NCBI GenBank assembly: GCA_019659125.1
Contig: JAIFVX010000001.1
Coordinates: 15,437-79,436, forward strand
Direction of reading: 5' to 3'
DNA from: Candidatus Pacearchaeota archaeon
GTDB lineage: Archaea > Nanobdellota > Nanobdellia > Pacearchaeales > GW2011-AR1
Length of the DNA stretch: 64,000 nucleotides
This document shows, in pieces, positions 47,001-56,470 of the stretch (position 1 is its first letter; each line of letters opens with the position of its first letter). The notes beneath the pieces were generated by a model. It searched no databases. It saw only the letters and a list, made by a program, of their open reading frames with translations, and was not told the origin of the DNA. A program made the translations under genes and the position numbers.

Positions 47001-47260
47001 TTTTGCATTTCCTCGTATGGTATCTTTCCCTCAGTATATCCTGAAGGAAGATATTCTTGCTCTTGATTGTTTCTAGGCGTATTAATATGTGGCTTATATA
47101 CATTATGGCTAGCCCCTTCCTGCTCGACCATATATTCCAAGACATCCCGAGGAGGAAGATCATGTCTCCCATTGTAGGCTTTTCCCAAGAACATGAGAGG
47201 TATACCTACCATTGCTCCAAGGGCATACCCAATTAAAGAATTTCTTCGTTCTTTTTTCAT
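46997..47260 (-). CDS. Small membrane-anchored protein coupled to the lysozyme gene
   Basis: Basic N-terminus plus TM; ATGA overlap with the lysozyme start; TATA at 47282-47289. Confidence 0.7.
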   Translation of the reverse strand: MKKERRNSLIGYALGAMVGIPLMFLGKAYNGRHDLPPRDVLEYMVEQEGASHNVYKPHINTPRNNQEQEYLPSGYTEGKIPYEEMQK

Positions 47261-47370
47261 AGCTTTTACTCAAAAAGCTGCTATTTAAACCTTGCTATTT
47301 GTACCTATTGCATAGTAACTACATAACCACCTAAGAATATCTTTATAAATATCATTCATTTTCAAAGAGC

Positions 47371-49092
47371 ATGAGAATCATTACTCTCCATTGCGATTAT
47401 ATCAAGTTCAAGCCTCTGAAGAAAGCGTTGAAGTCTGTCGAGGATTTGAAGGATATGAAAGAGAAAGTGGTCAAAGATCCTCTGGTTGTTCTGACAGCTG
47501 TTGAAGAGGGAGACAATGACCAGACAATCAAGCATCTTATTGCATCGATAAAGAAAACAGCAGGAGAGGTAAAGGCGAAGCATATTGTTCTCTATCCCTA
47601 TGCACATTTATCGTCGAATCTAGCAAAGCCCGATACAGCCCTTGGATACCTGGTGGAAGCAGAAGCTGTCCTCAAAAAGGAAGGCTTTGAAGTAACTCGC
47701 GCTCCCTTTGGATACTACAAGGAATTCGAGCTTAAATGCAAGGGTCATCCTCTTTCCGAGCTCTCTCGAGAGTTTCGGACTGATGAGCAGAAGGGAAAAC
47801 TGTCATCTACCCCTCCAAAGAAAGTTGCCAAGGAATCAGGGAAAATAATCTTAGACAGAAGGAATCTGAAGCCTAATGATCACAGGATTTTAGGAGAGGA
47901 TCTGGGAATATTCTATTTAAGCGATGATATTGGTCCCGGCTTGCCTTTGTGGTTGCCTAATGGAGAGACTATTAGAAATGAATTGGAACAATACATGCGT
48001 CAGGTTGAAACACGACATGGTTACAAGTATGTGACGACGCCGCACATTACAAAAGGTCATCTGTATGAGAAAACAGGACATCTTCCATACTATGCAGATA
48101 CAATGTTTTCCCCTATAGAGATTGAAGGTATCAACTATTACTTGAAACCGATGAACTGTCCTCATCACCATATGATCTTCAACAAGCTTGTGAAGAGTTA
48201 CCGAGATTTGCCTTTACGATTGGCGGAGCCAGGAGTAGTCTATCGTAATGAACTTTCAGGTGTAACCTATGGATTAATGAGAGTACGCCATATCATGCAG
48301 AATGATGCACACATCTATATCACTCCTGACCAATTGAAAGCAGAGTTTGTCAAAGTCCTTGAACTGTTCAATGAAGTGTATAAGGTAATGGGAATAAAAG
48401 ACTATTATTTTAGACTTTCCCTTCCCGACTTTAAGGGAAACCCTGAGAAATATAGTGGGGATCCCACGGAATGGGAATTTGCATCCGAAGAAATTAGAAA
48501 GGCAATGAAGCAATGGGGTGGCAAATTTACTGAGGAAAAGGGAGAGGCTGCATTCTACGGCCCTAAGATTGATGTGCAGGTAAAGAATGCTAATGGCAAG
48601 GAAGAAACGCTTGCAACAGTACAAGTTGATATTGTCGTTCCTAAACGATTGAACCTCGTGTATGTCGACGAGAAAGGCGAGAAAAAGACTCCGATCGTCA
48701 TCCATAGAGCGATACTAGGAAGTTATGAGCGATTTGTTGCATTCCTTCTCGAGCAGACTGAAGGCAAATTGCCTTTCTGGCTTTCCCCCATTCAAGTGAG
48801 AATTGTCAACTTCACAGACAGGAACGTAAAAGCAGCGGAAAAAATACTTGCTCAGATAAGGAAAGAGCTTCCCTCATTACGTATAGAATCAGATTTTAGA
48901 AACACTACCGTAAATGACAAGGTTCGTGATTCAGAACTACTAAAGATTCCATATATAGTTGTTATCGGCGACAAAGAAGAGGAAAAAAATACTCTGGCAG
49001 TCAGAGAAAGGGGAAGCGCAAAGCCAAAATTCGGAGTCTCCTTAAATGACTTTATAAAAGAAATAAAACATAAGACCGAACAGCGCGAGTGA
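47371..49092 (+). CDS. thrS: Threonyl-tRNA synthetase
   Basis: Archaeal editing domain (LYPYAHLSS, RAPFGYYK, CKGHPLSELSR) plus core KPMNCPHH, YRNELSG, AAFYGPKID, IHRAILGSYERF. Confidence 0.96.
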   Translation: MRIITLHCDYIKFKPLKKALKSVEDLKDMKEKVVKDPLVVLTAVEEGDNDQTIKHLIASIKKTAGEVKAKHIVLYPYAHLSSNLAKPDTALGYLVEAEAVLKKEGFEVTRAPFGYYKEFELKCKGHPLSELSREFRTDEQKGKLSSTPPKKVAKESGKIILDRRNLKPNDHRILGEDLGIFYLSDDIGPGLPLWLPNGETIRNELEQYMRQVETRHGYKYVTTPHITKGHLYEKTGHLPYYADTMFSPIEIEGINYYLKPMNCPHHHMIFNKLVKSYRDLPLRLAEPGVVYRNELSGVTYGLMRVRHIMQNDAHIYITPDQLKAEFVKVLELFNEVYKVMGIKDYYFRLSLPDFKGNPEKYSGDPTEWEFASEEIRKAMKQWGGKFTEEKGEAAFYGPKIDVQVKNANGKEETLATVQVDIVVPKRLNLVYVDEKGEKKTPIVIHRAILGSYERFVAFLLEQTEGKLPFWLSPIQVRIVNFTDRNVKAAEKILAQIRKELPSLRIESDFRNTTVNDKVRDSELLKIPYIVVIGDKEEEKNTLAVRERGSAKPKFGVSLNDFIKEIKHKTEQRE

Positions 49093-49127
49093 GGAAAACT
49101 TATAAACCCTAGTATCCATTAACACCT

Positions 49128-49832
49128 ATGAAATTAGCACCATACATTGACAAATTGAACTCTTCCGCATCCTACAAGGACTTCATGAAGAAGTACAAGG
49201 ATTCTTTCATGATTGCTGGATTCTTCATACTTGATTTAGATCAGGGCAAAAATATTCACCAGATAGACTATTTCATCCCTTCTCAGAAGAAGATCGCAGC
49301 ATTCACCCTCGATGGGCAGGTTACGGTACAGATACTTGAATCTATGAGTAAGAAAGCTCCTGAAAAGATGGACATAAAGACTAACATCGATCTTGATGAG
49401 CTTGCAGGAATCCTTGAGGATGAGATGAAGAACCGGAGCATTACCGAGGAAATAAGAAAAGTCATTGCAATCCTTCAGATGAATGAGGGAAAGAAGATAT
49501 GGAACCTTAATTGTGTTCTTTCCGGTATGAGTATTCTAAGAGCCCACGTTGATGATGAATCAAAGACAGTCTTGAAGATGGAGAGATCATCGATCATGGA
49601 CTATATGAAGAAAGTATCTCCTGATATGCTTCCACAGCAACAGCCTGAAGATAAGAAGGGAATGGAAGATCAAATTGGCAAACTCACTAAGTTAGAAGAG
49701 CAGATAGAAAAAGAGAAAACTGAGCTTCAACAGAAGCTTAATACTGCTCTTGATAAAGCTCAAAAAGAATCAAAATTTGAGAAACCTGCAAAGGTCAATA
49801 AGGTCGCAAAGACTGAAAAGAAGAAAGCTTAA
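49128..49832 (+). CDS. Hypothetical protein with C-terminal coiled coil
   Basis: 234-aa ORF with TATA box; K/E-rich tail. Confidence 0.75.
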   Translation: MKLAPYIDKLNSSASYKDFMKKYKDSFMIAGFFILDLDQGKNIHQIDYFIPSQKKIAAFTLDGQVTVQILESMSKKAPEKMDIKTNIDLDELAGILEDEMKNRSITEEIRKVIAILQMNEGKKIWNLNCVLSGMSILRAHVDDESKTVLKMERSSIMDYMKKVSPDMLPQQQPEDKKGMEDQIGKLTKLEEQIEKEKTELQQKLNTALDKAQKESKFEKPAKVNKVAKTEKKKA

Positions 49833-50356
49833 TGATGCTTGTTCCAAAGCAATTTCGTATATCCTTCCTTAACTAAGTCTTTAGAATCAAATCCTAACTT
49901 CTTGACAATGTCGAGCACTTCTTTCCTCGCATGAGGTATATTGTGGTTGGTAAGGTACTCTACCTCTGCAAACCATCCCAATCCATTGACATAATTTAAC
50001 TCGACATGGAAATGCTTCTTGATATGGTATAATTCTGTCTTCTTCTCCTTATGGAGCCATTTCTTAAATCCGAAGTCCTTGATAAGCTCCAAGAACCCTT
50101 CGATGTCATAGACGACGAATTCAACCTCTTTTTTGGCATACACTCCATCCTGATACGAGATCCTCTGCTTGAAATTGATAATATGCCTGTCTTTCATCCT
50201 TCTCACACGGAGACTTTTTTGAGGGTAATGACCATGTTCTAAGGTGTAATAATCATCATATTTCTGGATTATCCCAGCATACGTGGCAAATTTCCGTACG
50301 TCTTTTCTCAAGGCTTCAGGAGAAGAAATCTTTATCTTTGCCTCGACCTCTATCAT
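49829..50356 (-). CDS. CYTH-domain protein (class IV adenylate cyclase/triphosphatase family)
   Basis: EVEAK N-terminal motif, LRVR, GLGWFAEVE, GY. Confidence 0.88.
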   Translation of the reverse strand: MIEVEAKIKISSPEALRKDVRKFATYAGIIQKYDDYYTLEHGHYPQKSLRVRRMKDRHIINFKQRISYQDGVYAKKEVEFVVYDIEGFLELIKDFGFKKWLHKEKKTELYHIKKHFHVELNYVNGLGWFAEVEYLTNHNIPHARKEVLDIVKKLGFDSKDLVKEGYTKLLWNKHH

Positions 50357-50425
50357 TCCTTCTATAACAAATTACATTATTTAAGCTTACCTAATAAAAA
50401 TATAAAACAAGAGAAAAAAATCTGC

Positions 50426-50890
50426 TTATGAGCAGGGTATACTGATAGATTCAGTACAGGTTTGGTCTCTTCCAGTATCTGTTCTGATAACAGCAGCAAT
50501 GCTGACAGCCTTTGGAACTGTTCCGGTAGGTCCGAACGAGACATTTACTATTCTCGATTCAAGCTTTCCTGGTAAGTTGTTTAATGCTATCGTGTCATTA
50601 ACAATGGTTGTGTCATCTGATCGGGTAAGGATAAACTTTATCCCGCTCAGTGTTGATTCACCACTGTTGTATCGATAGGTTACGTTAGCACTGGTTGTTG
50701 CACCATTTTTAACGCACTTGACAGGCTCTACATTAAGTGATATGCAGGCAGTCTGTCCAGGTACTTGCTCGGCTCCTCCTCTGATTGCTGGCTGTACGAA
50801 AGACCAAACGATGACGACAGCAGCCAACACCAATAAGATGATGAGCACCGTCGTTACGACATCGCTTAAACCTCTTTTTGCCATCCCCAC
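50426..50890 (-). CDS. Archaeal type IV pilin
   Basis: Class III signal KRG/LSDVVTTVLIILLVLAAVVIVW. Confidence 0.85.
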   Translation of the reverse strand: MGMAKRGLSDVVTTVLIILLVLAAVVIVWSFVQPAIRGGAEQVPGQTACISLNVEPVKCVKNGATTSANVTYRYNSGESTLSGIKFILTRSDDTTIVNDTIALNNLPGKLESRIVNVSFGPTGTVPKAVSIAAVIRTDTGRDQTCTESISIPCS

Positions 50891-50971
50891 TAGAACAAAA
50901 TGTTATTTATAAATGTTTCTTCGATTCCTTATTGTTGTTTTAACGTCTGTTACGTTTAAGGTGTTGCATAA

Positions 50972-52615
50972 TTATCGGTGAGTGTACCAGAACTCATTCT
51001 CTTTCTTTGAATCAAGTCTTACAAAACCAAATCGTTCAAATTGGATGAGATCATCGACCTTCAAAGATTTGATTCCCGACTCGGCCAGTCCTTGCACCCA
51101 TTTAGCATTGGGCATCAAGACCCTTGCAGGAACAGAAGATGAGACCCACTGTATTTTTGGGATGGGCTTATTTTCGAGCGATGTGAATACAGCCTTGTTT
51201 CCCGTTGCAGGAAGCTTGACATTGTACAGATGAAGAAGTCGTACTTCCTTTCCTTTAAGCTCTTTCAAGTCTTTCTTTGAGATGTAGATTGAATCAACCT
51301 CAACAGTTCTCATTTCATCCTTATCGGGATGGATAGGGATTTTTACACTTTTTAAATTTGGCTTCTTGTCTATCTTCAATTCAACAGGATCTTCAACAAA
51401 ATAATATCGTGATGTCTCTTTGTCTATTAATTTGCGGCTGATCGCGGCAATCATGTCAAAATCAAGATGAACTTCGTATTTTGAGAGCCCTGTTTGCTTG
51501 ACCAATTCATAGAGTACTTCCTTTCTGATCCCTCGTCTTCGTAATGCTCTTAAGGTCATTAATCGAGGATCATCCCATCCGATATAATCTCCTGATTCGA
51601 TCAATTCCCGGATTTCTCTGCCCTTGGTTGTTGCATCAATAACACTAAATCTGCCATATTGTACAACTGTCTGTCTCTTCAATTTCAAAAGTTCTTTGAT
51701 CATGTCTTGTAATGGCATCCTCTGTTCAAATTCATTAGTCCTTAAGATATGAGTTACCCCCATGATGCTATCTTCAATAGGATTATAGAAATCATAGAGT
51801 GGCCACACTTTGTATTTTGTCTTCTGCCTAAAATGAGGTTTGTCGATCATCCTAAACAAGGCAGCATCCCTCATGACGTGATTATCATGCTGCATGTCTC
51901 CCTTTATTCGCAAAACAGCCTCCCCTTCCTTATACTTTCCTGCAAGAAATTGTTTCCAGTGCTCAAGATTTTCTTTCACGTTTATTTTTCTATGTTCACA
52001 TTCCTTTCCGGAATGCCTGAGTTCCTGCATAGTGTCTCGGTCACAGAAGCACATGTATGCCTTTCCCTTTTCTATTAATTGCTCAGCATACGTATACAAT
52101 AAAGGAATGTCATCAGAAACATACTTCATAGAATCGAATTTGATATGTAAATACTCCTTGATGTCATCAAGCATTGCATTAACATATTCTTGTGTTACTT
52201 TCTCAGGATTTGCATCCTCAAATCTCAGGAGGCATTTTCCCTTATAGCGTTCAGCATAAATTGAATTAAGCAAGAATGAAAGTGCATGGCCGAGATGCAG
52301 GTACTTTGAAGGTTCTGGTGGAATCCTTGTGATGACTCCTTTTTCAGTATTAGGTAAAGGAGGAAGGTCCTTTTCTTTCTCCTCATGAGTCTTTACGATA
52401 TCACCCAATGATGCATACTCTTCTCCTCTCTGATCATTATCCATCGCATTGACCTTTTTTACAATCGCCTGGATGTCTGGAAGTATATTCTTGATATCTT
52501 TCTTGTCAAGCCCATGTTGGAACAGCTTAGTCAGTATTTTTCCTGCTTCAGCCGTGCCGAACTCAAGAGCATTCTTAAGCGCATACGCCTTTATTTCCTT
52601 GGAAAAATCCTTCAT
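50972..52615 (-). CDS. gltX: Glutamyl-tRNA synthetase (archaeal type)
   Basis: TRIPPEPSKYLHLGH, GVTHILR, GWDDPRL, QFERFGFVRLD. Confidence 0.96.
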   Translation of the reverse strand: MKDFSKEIKAYALKNALEFGTAEAGKILTKLFQHGLDKKDIKNILPDIQAIVKKVNAMDNDQRGEEYASLGDIVKTHEEKEKDLPPLPNTEKGVITRIPPEPSKYLHLGHALSFLLNSIYAERYKGKCLLRFEDANPEKVTQEYVNAMLDDIKEYLHIKFDSMKYVSDDIPLLYTYAEQLIEKGKAYMCFCDRDTMQELRHSGKECEHRKINVKENLEHWKQFLAGKYKEGEAVLRIKGDMQHDNHVMRDAALFRMIDKPHFRQKTKYKVWPLYDFYNPIEDSIMGVTHILRTNEFEQRMPLQDMIKELLKLKRQTVVQYGRFSVIDATTKGREIRELIESGDYIGWDDPRLMTLRALRRRGIRKEVLYELVKQTGLSKYEVHLDFDMIAAISRKLIDKETSRYYFVEDPVELKIDKKPNLKSVKIPIHPDKDEMRTVEVDSIYISKKDLKELKGKEVRLLHLYNVKLPATGNKAVFTSLENKPIPKIQWVSSSVPARVLMPNAKWVQGLAESGIKSLKVDDLIQFERFGFVRLDSKKENEFWYTHR

Positions 52616-52649
52616 GTTAGAATATGAGAAAAGTGTTATTTAAATCCAT

Positions 52650-53000
52650 TTATCGAATATTCGGGGTAACATCACCAAGCCGTGATTCAATCATATCCAA
52701 TCTCTCTAAAAATCGATCAAGCTTGTATTCTAAATCATCAATCTTCACTCGTAAAGTCTGTATGTCTCCACCATGTTCCTGAGGATTCGGCGAGGGAGTG
52801 TTGAAAACACTAGGGGAGCTTGGAGCGATGGTATCAAAGAAGCTTAAAGGTGATGGCGAGGGTACAGCAGTTATCGTTGATGGTTGGGGGCCTGTCAAAT
52901 CAACAATATCTTTTTCTGGCTCCTTTTTCTTTAAGATTCCACGCTTCTGAAGCATAGTAAAATCAAGAACATCCCCGCTTTTTCCTCCAAAGATACCCAT
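52650..53000 (-). CDS. Hypothetical protein with S/P-rich linker and C-terminal coiled coil
   Basis: DFTMLQKRG...LRVKIDDLEYKLDRFLERLDMIESRL. Confidence 0.7.
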   Translation of the reverse strand: MGIFGGKSGDVLDFTMLQKRGILKKKEPEKDIVDLTGPQPSTITAVPSPSPLSFFDTIAPSSPSVFNTPSPNPQEHGGDIQTLRVKIDDLEYKLDRFLERLDMIESRLGDVTPNIR

Positions 53001-53104
53001 CCATTCCTAAGAAAAGCATTCTATTTAAAGATAGACACAATCAAATACGACCGTCTGGTGATTACAGAGGAAAGCTTTAAAAGCAGACTCTTTGCTAGAT
53101 AGGT

Positions 53105-53473
53105 ATGTCTGACGAACAAAAACTGCTCTACAGTATCGCTGCTAGAAAGCAATCTCCACTCTTGGATGACATCCATATGATGAAAGAGACTGCAGAACAT
53201 AACACCAGAACTCCTCTCTATGCTCTCTATGCTATCTCTGAACACTCGCTAGCAGACTTGGACGACACCCCATACGATCTAACGATGCAATACTGCAGAA
53301 CCCATGACATACCAGTGCGTCCTATGAAAAGCCCCCAGGCAGTGATCGATGATATAATGGATTCGGACGAAGGACGGTTTTATGCCTGCCTCAATGAGAA
53401 TACTAAAGATGAAGACGATCTTGAACATCTCTGCCAAGGAACTCACATTGTTTTCGTGAAACGAGGTAATTAG
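53105..53473 (+). CDS. Hypothetical acidic protein
   Basis: 122-aa ORF with an upstream TTTAAAA box. Confidence 0.6.
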   Translation: MSDEQKLLYSIAARKQSPLLDDIHMMKETAEHNTRTPLYALYAISEHSLADLDDTPYDLTMQYCRTHDIPVRPMKSPQAVIDDIMDSDEGRFYACLNENTKDEDDLEHLCQGTHIVFVKRGN

Positions 53474-53667
53474 TTCTTTCGTTGGGTACCTATACTTAAA
53501 ACCACAAGCGCTCCCAAAAGAAACCATAATCCTACATAATATCCCTTGGCAGCATCAATGTCTTCAAATACCGCATACCCCGTTACAGACTGGAAAGAGT
53601 TAAGAAAGATGATGAAACTCATCACGATAAAACTCACACCGACAACCATAAACACTCGTCTCTTCAT
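53470..53667 (-). CDS. Small two-TM membrane protein
   Basis: Two hydrophobic helices flanking VTGYAV. Confidence 0.6.
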   Translation of the reverse strand: MKRRVFMVVGVSFIVMSFIIFLNSFQSVTGYAVFEDIDAAKGYYVGLWFLLGALVVLSIGTQRKN

Positions 53668-53673
53668 GTATTT

Positions 53674-54318
53674 TTAAGGGGGCGTACCTTTAAATGCTTG
53701 TCGCTGGCGCTTCATGCCCCCAAGGATAAGATGTTGATAATCATTAATGTGGAATGAACTTACTTTGTCTTTGTTAATAACAATTTTGCTGACACTTGCA
53801 TTACTTAAGCTGTAATATCTCCCTTCAGTCACATCAAGGTTAAGTGAATTCAAGATGAGATGCAAAGAAACAATTCCATGTCCTACCACAAGCACATTTT
53901 CATGAGGATGTTTCTTTACTAGCTCCTGGTAAAATGAGCCAGCCCTCTTGTAGGTATCAAGCAAGCTTTCTCCTTTAGGTGGTCGAAAAAGATGGAAAGG
54001 AATTCCTTTCTTATGGGCCTCTGCAACATATGAACCCCAGTCATCAATTCCTTGTTCCCCAAAAACGCCCATGTCGTGCTCGATAATCTTGTTCGTATAG
54101 ACAACAGGAATCCCGGGAAGATAGGCAAGAATCTCCTTTAACGTTTCCTTTGCCCTCATAAGGGTACTGCAATAAATTCTGTCAATTTTCATCCCTCGAA
54201 AGCGCACTCCAAGCCTCCGTGCCTGCTCCTTTCCATCTTCAGTCAGAGGGGCATCAATAGAAGAGGCAATATGGGCATTCCGCTGCGACTTAGCATGCCT
54301 CACCAAATACAACCTCAT
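53674..54318 (-). CDS. Histidine phosphatase family protein
   Basis: LYLVRHAKS, LTEDGKEQA, STLMRAKET, GES, VLVVGHG, NAS. Confidence 0.92.
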   Translation of the reverse strand: MRLYLVRHAKSQRNAHIASSIDAPLTEDGKEQARRLGVRFRGMKIDRIYCSTLMRAKETLKEILAYLPGIPVVYTNKIIEHDMGVFGEQGIDDWGSYVAEAHKKGIPFHLFRPPKGESLLDTYKRAGSFYQELVKKHPHENVLVVGHGIVSLHLILNSLNLDVTEGRYYSLSNASVSKIVINKDKVSSFHINDYQHLILGGMKRQRQAFKGTPP

Positions 54319-54400
54319 TCTCTTTGCTGGAAAACAAACTTTATAAATTATGCTTGTCCAGAATCTTTAAATAAAGCATTTCCTCTCTATAAACAATAAA

Positions 54401-55918
54401 ATGGCGGTGAATATTCATAATCTTATTGCGGCAATCAGCCCTGACATATATTGTGATCCAAGCGTAAAAGAGGAAGTGAAACGGATTGTCAAAAAAGATG
54501 GTTATCTTAAGGCAGCTGAGAAGGCAAAGCCGCGGGAGAGCGGTTTCGTGGATTTCGATGAGATTGCTCTGAAGAATCCATTCTCATCTCCAGGATTAAA
54601 GGACCCTCGTGAAGTGCACAAGCTTGTCTATGATTCGTTCGGGGAAAGCCTTGAACCTCTCTATTTCTGGATTCTTGACACCTTGATGGAGAATTATGGG
54701 AAGGTTGACAAGCTTACTGACAATTTCATTTCATCTCCAGGCTCCGCACATTTCGCTGAAATGGGGGGCAGGGCAACGAGGATGCAGGAAGAGGCAATGA
54801 AGATCTTAGGCACGGCAAACCAGATTGTGCGATCAGTTCTCAATATTATTTATGACCTGAAGGAATTTGACATTCGACTTGGAGCCTATCATGATATTCA
54901 TGACAAGGATGATAAGAAAAGAAAGGCCGCGTTACTTTCCTTGAAGCAAATATGGCTTGACACCGTTGATGTAAAAAGAAATACAAGTTCGATCAAGGGA
55001 TTTGTACAGCAGTTTGAATATGTCACCCTTATAGATGCCTTTATGGCCGCTAATTCTCTTGAAGAGGTAGAGAAACTTGATCTTAATGATCGCGTAAAAA
55101 AAATCCTCGAGCAAAGAATTCCCGAATTCCTGAGATGGGTTGATGAATCCGAGAAAGAATTGAGAAAAAGATATCAGGTTGAAAAGATATATCTGAAGAG
55201 CCAAGTCAATGCCATACGGCTCTACGCTCGATGGGTAAAGCCCTATCTTCAGGCTGCTGCAAAGCTGGAACAGAATGCACGATCCACAGCAGCGTTGGTG
55301 ACCTCATTCAACACAACGCTCTTTGAACTTGCACTCCTGGGAGAAGGCAAATATGATCCTGATGACGATGTCAAAAAGGGTGATCTTCCTACAATGGTAA
55401 AAAATACGGAGAAAAGGGTGTATTCTCCCATTGTTATTGTTGAGATTAACTTCAGGAGTGTCCCTGAACGAGCAAGCCAGCAGGGAGGATATGGATTCAG
55501 AGGAAGACTTGAAGCAGAGTTCACAAGCTATGCTTTGAACGACCAGGAGCTTAAGGTATTAAGAGAGGAAATTGGAAAGGATGATGTCGGCGAGGTGCTC
55601 AAATTCATTCAGGGAGCAACTGATGAAAGTCTAGCTCAGATAGAGGAAGACATCAATAAATATACGAATGAAAAGAAAGATGATAAGAAGGAAGATAAGG
55701 AAGATAAGGATGATGAAGATGTCAATCCTTTCACCTCTTTGTTTGCCTTCAAAGACAAGAAAGATGATAAGAAAGAAGACCTTTCAAAGGGGATAAAGCC
55801 CGACAGTACGATAGAAAAGGCAGTCCGTTCACAAGCAATTATAGAAGCACGGAAGGGATGCAGAAGACTGTATGATGGCTATAAGAAAGCCCATAGCATG
55901 CCTGCATTTCCCGGCTAG
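54401..55918 (+). CDS. Large helical hypothetical protein
   Basis: 505-aa ORF; EPLYFWILD, SPGSAHF, LKQIWLD, LYARWVKPYL; K/D-rich stretch near the C-terminus. Confidence 0.85.
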   Translation: MAVNIHNLIAAISPDIYCDPSVKEEVKRIVKKDGYLKAAEKAKPRESGFVDFDEIALKNPFSSPGLKDPREVHKLVYDSFGESLEPLYFWILDTLMENYGKVDKLTDNFISSPGSAHFAEMGGRATRMQEEAMKILGTANQIVRSVLNIIYDLKEFDIRLGAYHDIHDKDDKKRKAALLSLKQIWLDTVDVKRNTSSIKGFVQQFEYVTLIDAFMAANSLEEVEKLDLNDRVKKILEQRIPEFLRWVDESEKELRKRYQVEKIYLKSQVNAIRLYARWVKPYLQAAAKLEQNARSTAALVTSFNTTLFELALLGEGKYDPDDDVKKGDLPTMVKNTEKRVYSPIVIVEINFRSVPERASQQGGYGFRGRLEAEFTSYALNDQELKVLREEIGKDDVGEVLKFIQGATDESLAQIEEDINKYTNEKKDDKKEDKEDKDDEDVNPFTSLFAFKDKKDDKKEDLSKGIKPDSTIEKAVRSQAIIEARKGCRRLYDGYKKAHSMPAFPG

Positions 55919-55945
55919 CAACCCTTAAATAGTTTTAAGCCTTTT

Positions 55946-56440
55946 ATGAGTATGAAAAAAGTAAAAATAATTCGGGAGATTCCTTCAAAGATAAAAGAAG
56001 TAAAGGAAGTCCCTCGCGAGTCAAAATCTCTGGAAGAGGAAGTTCACGAGTCTGAAACTGAAACCTTTGCCTCTACTATCTCTACAACTCCTCCTCCATC
56101 GCTTGTCTTAAAAAATGAAAGAACTGAAGAGCGGAATGAAGAGCCGGAGGCACCACGACAGCAACAACAAGGCCCTCAATTGACAGGCTCTCAATTATAT
56201 GAAGTAGGAAGAACGCTGGGTGGAAATGTACGGAGTGATTATGCAGAAACAACTCGGCCAGGAACTCGACCTCTTGTGGTTAATGAACCTTCCAGAGACT
56301 CTCCAGAGCATCAAACAGTCTCTCCTACTGCTCCACTAACTGAGAGTTTTACCCAGCGGGTTGAACCAGAGCGGATAGAGAAGAGATATGATGAAAGGGA
56401 TACGAGACCAGGACGACGGAAGTACCCTTGGGAAGCATAA
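55946..56440 (+). CDS. Low-complexity, probably disordered protein
   Basis: E/P/T/R-rich, 164 aa, own TATA-like box. Confidence 0.7.
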   Translation: MSMKKVKIIREIPSKIKEVKEVPRESKSLEEEVHESETETFASTISTTPPPSLVLKNERTEERNEEPEAPRQQQQGPQLTGSQLYEVGRTLGGNVRSDYAETTRPGTRPLVVNEPSRDSPEHQTVSPTAPLTESFTQRVEPERIEKRYDERDTRPGRRKYPWEA

Positions 56441-56470
56441 GCTTAAATAAAAAGAACTCATAAAAAAGAA

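Noticed and set aside
46272-47260. Prophage lysis cassette
   Set aside because: No integrase, capsid, terminase or att-like repeats nearby; flanked by trpS and thrS and driven by an archaeal TATA box
55665-55785. AAGAAAGATGATAAGAA repeats as a CRISPR or tandem repeat
   Set aside because: Low-complexity Lys/Asp coding sequence within an ORF, with no spacers
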